A stretch of DNA of 59,111 bases, the filler included. It is 4 parts of 4 records of this genome, joined end to end, with 100 filler letters (N's around TTAATTAATTAA, not from the genome) between each part and the next. Parts side by side here need not be neighbours in the genome. Positions count along the whole stretch, not along the records: positions 1 to 22,751 come from DRR378314_2599; 3 more parts are not named here. One strand, given 5' to 3'. The notes beneath the pieces were generated by a model that was not told the origin of the DNA, searched no databases, and saw nothing but the letters and a program-made list of their open reading frames with translations. Below are positions 1 to 12,857 of the stretch, piece by piece (position 1 is the stretch's first letter; each line of letters opens with the position of its first letter). A program made the position numbers and the translations under genes.

Positions 1-361
1 GCGTGCTTTTTGGTTTGCGCACCCCTCTGCGGAACGAGTGCGTATTTTGCTGCCGTGGCGTGACCAGTACGTGGCTTGCAGCGCTGCGCAACGTTACGGA
101 GCCCGCTTGCGCGCTCTTTCTTCTCCTCTGTCTTTACTCCTCACCCCTGTTGCGTACTGTGTACTCAACAAGTCGTTGTACGTAGTGTGCTTAGTTCTAT
201 TCTACGACGTGCGATGCGCGGGATGCCCCTGTTCGCTTTACGAACAGCAGCCATTTGCCATGAACCCCCTAGTGGACGATGAGCGGATTTGTCTTTCCGT
301 TTCGTCTCAACTCCCGCGCGGAGCGTTTCTCTGCTGTGCGCATCGTCTTCCCCCCTCCTAG

Positions 362-3300
362 GTTTGGCGATTTGTCGCTGAAAGTGCGTCCTTCGAAAGA
401 GGATCTTCCTAGTATTTTCAGGGATTGTGTTTTTCGCGTCGTGTGCCAGCAGCAGTACAAGGCGCAGAAGAACCTAGCAAAACTGCTCGATCGCTTCAAG
501 ACGACGCGCGAAGACTTTGAAGAAAGCGACCACTTGAGCGATGTGGACAAGAAGTCTCTGCGCATCGCTGTACGCGAGTCGGACATTGAAGTGAACGCAA
601 ACGCTGCGGAGATTGACCGCCTGTCGGGCAATGTGGTCACTTTCGGGCAGACGATCCAGCTGTTGCACGTGAAATCCGGCTCGTATGTGACGCTGTTCCC
701 GCGGCGCATGGCAGATATCGAGAACAACAATACCAAGATCGAGCTGCACCGCACGGGAACCGAGGGCTCGCATCTCGTGGTCCGCCCGCGGTACAAGCTG
801 AAGGGCGAGGGCGAGGATGTTCGTGTTGGCGATGTGGTTGTGTTTGCAAGCGCCAAGCATGGCGACGTGCTTCACGAATCGAAGACCGCACTGCCCGACG
901 GACAACTCGAGGTGAACGGCTGCACTGACGAAGGAACCGCGTGGAAGACGCATTCGTTCTCCTCGTTCGATGCTACGGCAAGCGGGTTCCTTAAAGGTGG
1001 GGACATCGTGCGTCTATTTCACAAAGAAGCCGAAGGCTTTCTCAATTCGATTCCCGCGTCGACAATGTCCAGCACAGACACTGCGTTCCTGCGGTACGAG
1101 CCTTCGGAGCACTCCGAATCGGCAACGTCGATGTGGGAAGTCGAGTTCGCAGACAAGTCCATGGGGGGCTCGGTGGAGTATGGCGTCGATGTCCGCTTCC
1201 GCCGACTGGGCACCGTGAAATATCTCATGATGGCGGACCGCCAAGGCACGGAGGCCGACAATATTGCCGAGCACGAGAGCGCTCAGGTGATGGATCTTGT
1301 GACTTCGGAAAATGCGCCTCTCGAGGCGTCAACGTTCCAAATCATCCCAACGTTTGACACGACCGGCCGTATTGCGCTGTCGTCGGTTTTGCGCATCAAG
1401 CATGCGACCTCTGACTTGTGGTTGCACGCATCGCCCAAGTTCCTCGATGGCGGCGATGGCCCTGCGTCCGATATGATGGGAGACTCGACAGTGCGTCGAG
1501 TGCAGCAGGAGATTCTGTGCACAAGCCACATGTTTGACGAGGATGCATTTGTGTTTATGCCGGTTCCCGGCGACGAAATCGACGACCTATATCACATCAG
1601 CTCGTTGGTCCCCCGCCTGGTGAAATTTGTTACGGAGACGCTGTCAAAGGGGACGCTTCCGGATAGCAAGGTGACGTATCCGATCATCAATGTGCTCAAG
1701 GATCTGATCTTGGCGTGCACCGTCAGCGACGACACGAACCCCTTGACGCGCGAGGGCTTGCCGGTGCCGTTCCGCCAGAATGCGATGCGTGAAACCAAGG
1801 CAGTCGAGGTCCTCATCGACATGCTTCGGTTGCCTTTTGCCAAGTGCGGCCTGACGCTCGGCGATGTCAAGTCAAAGGCGGAGCACCGCCACATTTTCCG
1901 GATGTGCCAGCTCACCTACCGTCTCTTGAAGCAGATCATGAAAGGCAACCGGGCGAATGGTCTCTATCTCGTGGACCAAATCGATTTCATGCAGTCGCAG
2001 CTGGGCTACCAGCTCAAGACGGCCGACACGCTCATGGAGATGTTTAAAAACAACCGCGAGCTGCTCGACCGCGTGAAGGAATCGCAAATCAACTATTTCG
2101 TGGAACTGATTCTCAGCAAGGGGAACTTGGAACGCTATGTCAAATTCCTTGGCGCGCTCCTGACGTACGATGGGCAAGGGCATGCGCGCAACCAGGACAC
2201 CGTGTTCCGCCTCCTGATCCTCGCGCACCCGGAGGCTCTCATCCGGACGCGCCTGAACAACGGCGTTGTCGAAGTGTTTGCGCCGCCGCAGCCGCAGCCT
2301 GGTGGAAAATGGACGCCACTCAGCCAGTTCCTGCGTTCGGCGGACGACGAGCTTCGGAGCTACTACGAGCGCAGTATCGAAATGTTTGCGAAGCTCTGCC
2401 TTGGGCGCCGCACCCTGCACGCGCGCACGATCAACGACACGCTCATCGATTATGGTGCTGCCGAGGCGATGGCTGGCGATGCGTCGCTTCCGGACACTCT
2501 GCGCCGCCATGTTGTGGACCTGCTTCTCACGCAGCACGTCGATGCGGAGCCGCAAGGCAGCGTCACCGATATCGACCTCACGCGGGTTTGGGACTCGCTG
2601 TCGGACGACCTACCGACAAACGAGATGGAGCCGCCAGTGTACACAAATCGCTTCGAGCAGCTCAAGAAGATCGTGCTGCAAGTCCTCGGCGAGAACCGCA
2701 CCCAGTCGCCCGACAACGTGGCACGAAACGAGATGGTCACCTCGTTCCTCCAGGTACTCCGCAACCTCTTTGCCTTTGGATTCTTCAGCGACCTGGCGGA
2801 GCTCAGCGATGCTGTGAACCTTGTCATAGACATCTGCGAAGAGCGGCCGCACGCGCCGCGCTCCTCCACACTGGTTACGGGCGTGAACCAGGCTTCTGCG
2901 CAGGTTGGCGCGCACAGCCACCGCAATGACCCATTCGCGTTCAACGAAAAGACCGCGACGCTGATGGCATCGAAAGAAGAGGCTGTGGCGTTCCTGCACC
3001 TTGTGTACGACGTCCGCATGAACCGCATGATCTCGCGCTTCTTGCTGCTGTACAAGGACGTCGTCGAGGGTCGCGTAGAGCAGCACGACGCGGCTGGCCT
3101 CCTCGACTCGGTGGGCGACCTCGCGGGCGCAGCTGGTTCGGCCGCTGCCGCCGCCGCTGGATCCGCGTTCCGCTTTGCGCAGATTGGCGGTCGCGCGGTT
3201 GGTGGCCTGGTATCGGGCATTGTCGGCACTGCGCTGCACACGACGGGGCTCAGCGCAGAGGGCGGGCAGGAGCGCGGCAGCTCCGAGGGCCAGCCGCTGA

Positions 3301-6300
3301 TCGAGCGCCGCACGCGCCGCACGGGGACACTCGCGACTTCTGTCGCGCCACACCCGCTGACGCCCGTAGAAGAGCGGCTGTCTGAGATTTTCTCCGAGTT
3401 TGACTTTTCGGAGAAGCTGCGCGGCGTGCTGCTGACGCTGTTGCGGTACGAGTCGCCGCGTCTGTCGACATCAGCGCTGGAGCTGCTCGTGCGGATTAAC
3501 AGCCAGCGCATGCGACTGCACGATGGAGTCCGCAATGTGCAGCTTCTCGTTGACACGGAGACGGTCAACGCGTACCGCCTGGTCCAGCGCCTCCTCGCGG
3601 AGATCCGCAAGATGACGTCGCCGAACATGACGGCAGAGCAGGAAAAGAAGTGCGCCGAGTTCCTGGACCGCTTCATCGAGCTGTGCACGACGACCGACAG
3701 CCGCGGTCGCCAAGTCCCGCACTACGAAAACCAGCACATTTTCCGCAACCTTAATGCGCACCGCGCGGTTGTAAATTTGCTGCACCTGCCGTTCAGCAAC
3801 AAGCTCCCTGAAGAGCAGGGTCGCCGCGAAGTGTTCCTTCGGTGCTACCAATTCCTCCGCTGGTTCTGCTACAAGTCTCCCGACAACCAGGAGCTTCTGT
3901 ACGAGCACGTGGACTTTTTCCTTTCGCAGATGGGAGTGAAGCTCAAGGCCGCGGACACGATCAATGAGATCTTCAAGGATAATCGCACAATCTGCTCGCG
4001 CGTGCGTGAGCGCCTCATTAGCCAGTTTGTGGAGCTCATTGCCGAGCGCGGCCAGTTCCCGCGGTATCTCGCGTTCCTGCGAATCATTGTCAAGTGCAAC
4101 AACATTGCCATCAAGCGCAACCAGAATCTCGTGTTGAAGCACATGCTCGCGCACAAAGCGCGTACGATGGTGCTGTTCTTTGGCGAGGGCGGGCGAGCCG
4201 AGCGCAACCGCCTCATCGCGGACGGCGAGCACGAGCGCGATCCCGAGGGCATCGTCAACTACCATCGCGAGCTCATCAACCTGCTCACAGACTGTGCGGC
4301 CGGAAAGAACTTTGTCACCGAATCCAAATGCCAGGCGCTCCTTCCGTTCCAGGAGGTCGTCGAGAACGTGTTGGACTCGCACTCGATTCCTGAAGTCCGG
4401 GCTGCGTACCTGCGCTTCCTCGAGGAAACGTATGTCAACGTCGAGAAGCCGCTTCCGTACGTGCGCGCTTCCCCGTCGCTGCAGGAAGTTGTCCGCGTGC
4501 TGGCAAATGCGCTGCCGCAGCTCCCCGCGCGCCTGCAGTCTACGGCGCGCAACGATGTAGCGTTGGTGGACTTTGTGAGCGCCGCCGGCTCGCTGTACGT
4601 CCGCTCGCTGATGACCAACGTCGTCACGGAAGACCACTTGAACAATGGCGAGTTCCTGGACGCAGTGCGCGCGTATGTCGACGCGCTCGTAAGCGTGCGA
4701 AGCCAGGTGCCAGCAGATGCGATGGAAAAGCCGATGCAGGCGCTCTCTGCGATATACAAGCGCGGCCTTGCTGGCGCGGAAACGTCGCGCGACCAGATGA
4801 AAGGGTTGCTCGAGGACGTTCCCGGCCATGCGCGCCTTCCGTCGCCAACTCCTGACGATCGCAAGACGACGCTGAGCCCGGAAAAGGCGGACATTGTCGA
4901 TAAGCTGCCGGAGTTTGCGAGCGACGCGTTTTCCGATACGACCGCGCTTGACCGCGAGTTCTTCTCGCTTGTGGACACAATGTATCCGTTCCGCATGAAG
5001 GACGCGACTGCCGACGACCGCGCCGTCCTTTCCAAGATCATCGAGCAGCTCGCAGACCCGAATATGGAAACGCGTCTGCGCGTGTGGGGTCTCCGAACTC
5101 TGCGCTACCTCGTGCTGACCCGCCGCGGCGAGGACGAAGACGAGGTTACGCCGGATATGGAGCGCATGCAGATTATTCTGGATGATCTCGGCGCGTCGAC
5201 GCTCTTTGTGCGCCTGGTCAGCGGCACCGAGGATAAGCAGCAGCCCGATGCCCTGGTTGAGCAAGCGCTGAAGCTGGGCTGTGCACTGTTGGAGGGCGGC
5301 AACCTGCAAGTTCAGGAGAACCTGTACGAGTTCTTTATCACGACGGGCGAGTCGCGCTTCTTTATCGAACTCGGCGAGCGTCTGCGTCGCGGGGTGCTCG
5401 AAGCCAAGGAGCGCCGCAAGCAGCAGAAGCGCCGCGAGGAGCGCGAGGAGCTGCGCCGCTCTGGGCTGGTGACCATGGGCGACGACGAGGAAGAGGCCGA
5501 ATTCAAGGCGACGTCGTACGTGCAAGATGTGTTGCGCCTGCTGCAGCTCCTGTGCGAGGGCCACAATACGCGCTTCCAGCGTTATTTGCTGCGGCAAACG
5601 GCGAGCGCCAAGTCAGTCGATCTTGTTCTCGGGACTGTTGAGTACGTCATTGGCATGGAGCGCTACATCAGCCCGGAAACTATCGAGGTGGTGAAGCAGG
5701 GTTTCGAGAGTCTCGCCGAGTACATGCAGGGCCCGTGCCCGGAGACGCAGAATGCTGTTGTCTCGACGAAGATTATCGAGACGGTTAACCGAATTCTGCG
5801 GCTCACGATCGACGAGGAGCACGAGGCCGCTCTGGACGATCTGAAATCTTCGTCGATGACCTCGCTGCTTTCGCTCCTCGAAGGCAACACCGACCCGTTC
5901 GTGCCGCGCCGCATGATGGCGTCTTTGGATATCGAAAGCATCGTGGAGAACATGAACGACGACTACGAAACGTGGTGCCGCGACCCCGAGGATGAAGATG
6001 CACAGGAGAGCCTGGACGGCTCGTTCCAGTACTACATCCTTCTGCGCGTTCTGCTCGAGTTTGACAACTCGAAGCGCATCCGCCGCCTCTTCAACGACGA
6101 GACGAGCCCAATCCTGGGCCTGAAGAAGTACAAGGCGGAGACGGGGCGCATTGAAGTGGTGCGCGGCAAGACGCTGGAGCGTGTGTACTTCCGCATCCCG
6201 CCGGTGTGCCGCCACCTCACGGACCGCGCCAAGCAGGAGATTCTGTACAAGGTCGACCGCACGAACCACACACAGAAGCTGCAGGACTTTTATTCGCGCA

Positions 6301-8295
6301 TCGACGATCTCCGCTTTGGCATGGAGCACCAGGAGCGCCTGTCGAAGAACGAGCGCGTGCAGCAGCTCGCGGCAAAGGAGCCTCTGTGGAAAACGATTGC
6401 GTTCCTCAACGGTATTTTCATCAACCTGATGCTGATCCTGTTTTGGAGCCGGGACTGCTTCGCCGTCGACGATGGATCGGGCAACATCGAAGAGTATATC
6501 TGCGAGCTGGACATCTCCAGGGGCGCGCGCGAGGTCGTGTACTTCTTCGGTGCCGTGCAAATGCTGCTGACGCTGTTCATTTTTGTAGTGGTGTTCGGAA
6601 ACAAGGCGCTCATCGTCGTCCGGAAGGGCTGGAAGGAGCACTTTGGCGAGTCGGGCGAGTTCGACTTCGACGAGGCAATCAAGGAGCACGACCTCAAAGG
6701 CCCCGGAAACGTCGGCATGTTCTACTTGCGATCCGGGTATTTCCTGCTGCAGGATGTCGAGTTCACGTGGTATTTCATGTATTTCCTGACCTCCATCTTT
6801 GGAATGGTGCAGCCGTTTTGGTACATTTTCCACCTGATGGAAGTTGTGAACCGGTCAATTACGCTGCAGAATGTGTTCCTTGCCGTAACGTACAACGGGC
6901 GCTCGCTGCTGCAGACAGCGCTGCTGGGAGTTATTTTCATCTACTTTTTCGGAGTTGTCGGGTTCATCTACTTCCCCGGAAAGTTCCAGACGGGCGAGTC
7001 GGACGACGGGTCGCTCTTGACGCCGTGCGACACGGTGTACAAGTGCTTTGTGATCATCTTCGACGGTGGACTGCGGACGGGCGACGCCGCGGAAACGCTC
7101 AACGATCTCAGCTGGAATGACGATGACGCGGGCGGCCGAATTCTGTTCTCCATCATGTTCTTCATCCTTGTGACTACGATTCTGCTCAACCTGATCTTCG
7201 GTATTATCATCGATACGTTCGGGGAGCTTCGTACGGTCAAGGCAGAGATTGAAGATGACATCCAGAACAACTGCTTCATCAGTGGGATCGAGCGCTTTAC
7301 GCTGGATCGCGACGGTGAAGGGTTCGAAAAGCATATCAAAGAGGACCAGAACATGTGGAACTATGCCTTCTTCATCATTCATCTGCGGTACAAGAACTCG
7401 GATGACTACAACGGCTCCGAGTCGTTTGTCGCGGAGCTACTGGCCGATGGTGACCTGTCCTTCTTCCCCGTGGGCCGAGCAATGGCGCTGAATAGCGATG
7501 ATGAAGTGAGCATCGAGGAAAAGGTGCGCGACCAAGCGAATTGGGTTCTGCCGGGGCGGCGGGAGGCCATATCGTTGTATCCTGACGCGGACATGCGTGT
7601 CTGCAGATGAACATTGCATCAGGATCGCCATTGGGGGGGAGCGCTTCTCTGCGTGCGCTTCATTTCCTGTTGGCCAGGTGCCTCTCCGTCGCGCGGAACT
7701 GGTAGAACATGCAAAACCCGAGGGGGGGGGCGGGGTGCAGCTGTCGGCTGGACCAGCCACGCTGACTGAACGCACTGGGCAATGCGCTTGCATGGCAGCG
7801 CCGTGGTCCAGCTGCGTGCGCGCACGCCCGATGCGTTGCTGGTATCGCTCGCACTGGCTTTGTAGCGTGGGCAAGAGCGCATCTATTGGAATGTATCTTT
7901 CTTTGTTTGGCTCCTCGAGTTACCCTTGGCCTTCAATGATACGGCATATGATAATATGCACTGTTTCGTGTACTTGGCGCATTCGTCTCCCCTTTTTTGT
8001 TTTTGATTGCCTTCTTGTTTTATTCGGTTGTCTTTCCACTCAGTTGCCCTGTGCCCTGTGCGTTTCATGCCGTCGATGTTTCGTCCCGCTGGTACTCCAG
8101 GTTGATCACCTTTCTCAAGGTATTGGCATTGCGTTTGATAATTTGTCCAAGCGTTTCGATGCGATTGAGAACATGGTGGCGACGATGCTTCCTGACGAAT
8201 CTGACACGCTAACACTCCCTGGTGCTGTGGGCGGCCCTCGCCGCCCTTCGATGCTCACACGCCGCCGCTCCATGGCCGGCTCTCACCACCGCTAA
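362..8295 (+). CDS. ITPR: Inositol 1,4,5-trisphosphate receptor family Ca2+ release channel (5' exon(s) not identified)
   Basis: About 2.4k aa with IP3R-type motifs: FRDCVF..Y.AQK, FGQTIQLLHVKSG (MIR/beta-trefoil), LKGGDIVRLFHKEAEGFL, LQLLCEGHN, EYMQGPC..Q, GRIEVVR...LERVYF.IP, six TM region and LLNLIFGIIIDTFGELR. Inferred structure: acceptor cctag|362; giant exon 362-7523; intron 7524-8100 (GTGCGC..CAG); last exon 8101-8295 (VDHLSQG...HHR*). Confidence 0.93.
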
Positions 8296-8690
8296 GCCCC
8301 GGAGAATGAGCGGTAGAAGTTATTGTGAGGCGTGTTGGTGTTGGTCCAGACCGCTATTCTGGTGCTGCATAGGCGTCATATTTGTGTGTTCGTGCTTGTT
8401 AGGATCGCGCAGTGTCGCGCTGTCTGGTTGTGTTTTGAAAATACATGCTGCTACGCACTCGCTTTCTCCTCGCTGGGGAATGGTCGAATTGGCCTGCATC
8501 GTCTCTGAAGTCTCAGAACCTACCATGTAAACCATGTACCGTATTTGTATCCTCCGGTCGCGCAAAGGGTTCACAAAATAGCCCTCGTATCCCAACCTTG
8601 CAAGTCAGCTGTGACTTTCCGTCGTTCGTTAGGACTGGAAGCAGGTGAGCAAGTTCGGCGGGTGTACACGCGAGCAGCAACCGTGACAGC

Positions 8691-11600
8691 ATGGCCGGGT
8701 TCCTTCGCCGATTTTCCTCCAGTACTCCGCAGTTCTCGCGATCTGGCCATTTCGGCGATCTCGATGAAGAGCAGCAGCGGGTAAGTGATTGGTTACAGAC
8801 TGCGAGCAACGGTGGGGAGGTGGTTCATATTCGTGTTGTTGTTGTTTTGTTTTGTTTTTTGCTTTCAGTGCTGTCGCCCGTGCGTCAAAGAAGTGCGCTT
8901 GCTATGGCACTTTGTGCGACCTGCTCACCGTGCGGAAGCGCAACGGTCTGCTCTGAACGCTCGCCGTCCGTGCATGTTTATTTGTATGCTCGCACGCGCG
9001 AGTGTTCTTTGATTTTCCCATCGACACTGTAGATACTCCTTACGTTTTGCAGAGTATGGGTCATTCTACTTGGGGTATCGCTTGGGGTAGCGGCAGTAGC
9101 GGCGGTGTAGCGCAGGAGAACGGGAAACTGAGAGCGTGGACGCTGCCCGGCTGTCGCCGCTGGCTCAGCCATGGCGGATTGCACTGCTCCGCAGTTGCCG
9201 TATTCCGTTCGCTCTGATGCGGCCACCGCGTGTAAGCAAGCTTCCCAAACGCGTGTATGTACCCGCATCGGATATCAATCAATGCAGATTTGTCTTTGTT
9301 CGCGTGCGTTTCCCGTTGTGTACGGCCTGCGCGTCAGCATTGCGCTCGAGACAGGGAGAGGTCGGGAGAGCTTGGTGCTGCGCTATTCGTGGCCTCACGC
9401 TACTCCACCTGCGCTTTGCGCTGTAGTTCTGTGCCACAGGAAGAGTTCGCCGCCTGTTGCTTGGCCGACGAGCAAGACGAGGAGAATTTTGCGCGCTACC
9501 TGCGGTGTTTCAAACCGCATCCATCTAACATTTGGATTAGCTTGTACTTTGTAAAAAGTGGTGATGAAGATGGGCAAACTGCCGGCGTGCCCAGGCTATC
9601 CAGCCGAGTCGCAGTGCGCGCTAGTTGCTGCCCGCAGGTGGCAGCTGCTTCACTCGCGCGCCGGACCACTAGCACGACCACGTCCCGTTGCCGTTGTTTT
9701 TTTTTTTTTGCCTTGAACTATTCGCGTTGATAGCGAAACGCAATATTGACTCGAGTGATGTGGGCATTCTCGTTGTATTACACCAGATACTGGGTGAATT
9801 CCGCAAAATTTTCGACAGCAAGAAGGAAGAGGTGATACTCTCGTCTGTGAGTGCTGAACTTCTGCAGAATGACAGTCCCGAGGTACGCGCAGGCTCTTGC
9901 TTTCACACAGGATCGCTATGCAGCCGCTGGCAATTCCACTCATTCTTTCATGCAGATTTGGGACGCGTGTACAGATCAAATAGCTGCGATTGGAAGTGCA
10001 TAGTGGTACAGACATTGATCGACTTGCCGTGTGTATCGTCGCGATCGGCTCCGGGGCGGTGTGCTTCCTTTGAACGCGGGTGCGCGTGATGGTTCTTGCG
10101 ATGTCTGACTTTTCCTTAGTCTTTCTTTTCTTTTTTCTTTTTTGCTCAGCGGCAGCTCGGGAAGTGTATGATTGTCCAATGTTTAGAAAGGATAATGTAT
10201 GCGACCGTTCGTGCTGCACATTGTAGTAGCCATGCAGTCGGCACGTACATGAGCACATACGCGGGAGGAAAAAAAGTGGGTTAGGATTTGCACTTTGGTT
10301 CGTTTTTTTCTCCTGCAAGAGCAGCTGAGGATGAGTTTCCGGACTTTCCATTGTGTGCACGATTCCGCTTCCGTATGCGCGTCAAGGTTCGAGAGGAGCT
10401 GTACGAAAGGACACTGCTGAGATTCCTGCGTGCGCGGTCGTTCAATATCGAACAAAGCGAGAAGCTCTTGCAGGAGAGCCTGGTACGTTTTCTATGGCGG
10501 TGCACCGTCCACGCCCCGTCCACGGCAGCAGCTGGGGGCACGCCTCGCTGGTTTTACTGGAAACCTTCGTCGCATCAGCGCATGTGCGTGCTCCCATGTC
10601 TGTTTGTTTGTTGCTGCTGTTTTCGTACCATCTTCGTCGGTGATCCTAGCCGTATAGAGTTGGCGTTGCTTGCTATTCACAGCACTAGCGTTTGCGTGCG
10701 TTCGCATCGCAGGATTGGCGCAAGAAGGTCAAAATCACCGAGGTTTCAAGCGACATGGTACAGGGCGAGTATGACACGGGCAAAGCGTACTGGTGGACAG
10801 AAGACAAGGATGGACTGTGCGTGCACATAATGATGACTAGACTGCAGGGCTGCTTTCTCCTTTACATGGAAGCGGGTCGAATCCATTTCCATTAACGATT
10901 GATCACACCTTTTTAAAACAGCTCGCGTGTTGCCAGTATGCGACCGTTCTCGTGAGTGGTAAGGCTGATTTCCCTTCGCTGGCGTTGGGGTGCTTTGAAT
11001 ATCATATCTACAGGCCGTTTGTCATTATTCGGGCAGCGAAGCATGTCAAAGGCGCCGTCCCTGTGAGCGAAACAATGCAGTTTGCAGTGTACATGTTCGA
11101 AAAGGGACTTCCCACGTACGTTGTATTGTGCGAAAACCCGAATATGGGAACTGGCACTGTTCGGCTATCTAGCAGTGAGAAGCTGAGTGTGCGTTTCGCA
11201 TGCAGCCTTCGTGGAGACCATGCTGGCCTCTTCTCGCGCCTGGCAAGCGCCAGTGTAGGCACCCATCCTCCTTCCAGGCACTTATTTCGCAAGGAACAGA
11301 GGGCATGATTGCTGTACGTTCTAACGGGCTCCTGTCGTCTCTCTGCGGTGCGATATACAGCCTGCCAATGGCGCAAGAAACGTTTGGAGTAGTCTTCGAC
11401 TTGGAAGGCTTCTCCGTATGGGATTGTGACTACGACATCTCGAAGCAGTTGGTGGATACGCTGCAGAACCAGTACCCCGAGCGGCTCGGCAAGGTGTGAC
11501 TTCGATTTCTTTCTTTTCGTACGCTTTTCTCCCTTCACGCATTGCACACCGACAGGCAGCTCGATAATCTCTCCGCGCATGCTGTGGCTGTCCCGAGTGG

Positions 11601-12449
11601 TAGTAGGGTATGGTGCGCGTGATGCGCGCTCTCATGTTGCTTTGAGACTCGTGTTCCCTGGGCACGTCGTGTTGGGAAGGGAGTGGGAAAGAGTAGCGAG
11701 CGAGAGACAGTTAGCATCGTGCCTGTGGGCCCAGGCGGTGGCACACGTGCGGTCGTGCGGGGCTGTGATCCACTGGTGCTGGTCCATTCCCGTGACGGTG
11801 CTCTTCCTTGGTACCCGGGCTTTGTTTTACTTGCTAGGTGTACATGGTACGGGCGCCCATGATCTTTAACGCAGCGTGGAAGATTATTCGTCCTTGGCTT
11901 AACGCCGTCACGGCGTCGAAGGTGCGGCTTGGAGCTCGGCAGGCAAGGGGGAGGGGGGCGCAGAAACACGTTTGATACTATTCCATCGCCCCTTCTATTT
12001 CTGGCGCAAGAGAGCGCACGAAGGAAGCTTCGCATGTGCTCGCTTTAGTTATGACGAGTATTTGAGAACCCATCGTTTTGGTTTTGGTGCAGTGTGTAAG
12101 GCGGTTTATTTTTATTTTTTCGGCTTGTTTTTTTGTTGGTAAGGATTCCTGAGCGTTCTTGCGTACGACGTGCGACGTGGGAGTCTTCCGGGGGTGGAAC
12201 ATGCGCGAGCCATTCGTTCTCAGCGGGCCTTTGTAATCGCATTCCTCTCGCCCCATACGGTTCGTATTGCGCTTACTGCAGATTGAGTTCGTGAGTCGCC
12301 CAGAGGATCGGTTCCCGCAGTTGTTTTACAAAGAGGTCCTGCCCGTGCGGTGGGGCGGAGAGCTGCCGGTCGAGATGGAGTGGACTGCCGCGCCCATTGA
12401 CAGTACGGTCGGCAAGTTGCTCTCTCCCAGTTCTGTGCAGAAGGAATAA
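8691..12449 (+). CDS. CRAL-TRIO (Sec14-like) lipid-binding protein, ~290 aa, 8 exons
   Basis: Frame-consistent exons 8691-8780, 9787-9882, 10387-10482, 10713-10816, 11014-11115, 11361-11493, 11838-11921, 12282-12449. Motifs TLLRFLRARSFNI, DKDGLPFVIIR, FDLEGFS, LQNQYPERLGK, APMIFNAAWKIIRPWL, LPVRWGG. Confidence 0.9.
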
Positions 12450-12857
12450 CTCTTTTTGTTGTTGCAATATATACATATCTCCTCCCCCACAAACACCGTT
12501 TGTATTTTCTTTTTCGTGTCATGAAAATACGGAACAAGAGCTACACTGTACGGATGGCGAATCGAGTTCGCAGCGGCGCCATCTGGCGTGCAGAATCGTG
12601 CCTGCTGCTGTGGTTTCCCAGCGTGTGCAAATCTGCTACTCACGCACGCTCATTGTCCCAGTTCCTATTCGACTTCCCGATGTGCCTTTTAAACCCCTAC
12701 ACATCATACAAACCATCGATTAGGTACATGTACATATACACCCATCTTGATAGCTGCGCCCATCGCGATTCGCATTCGTTTCGAGCTCGTCGACACAATG
12801 CCACTTCCGCAGGTATTCCAGCAAAAGCGAGGAGCTGCTTGCGCGGGTGCTGTACGG

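Noticed and set aside
279-361. ATG at 279 as the IP3R start
   Set aside because: A pyrimidine tract plus TAG acceptor at 359-361, and the missing conserved N-terminal segment, indicate intron sequence.
3471-5597. 708-aa antisense ORF (also 2450-3688, 5613-6833, 22953-24332, 43004-44359, 44987-46093)
   Set aside because: Shadow ORFs opposite GC3-biased genuine genes; no recognisable motifs.
7597-8295. 232-aa ORF as a separate gene
   Set aside because: Only 8101-8295 is plausible coding, as the last IP3R exon; the rest reads as intron.
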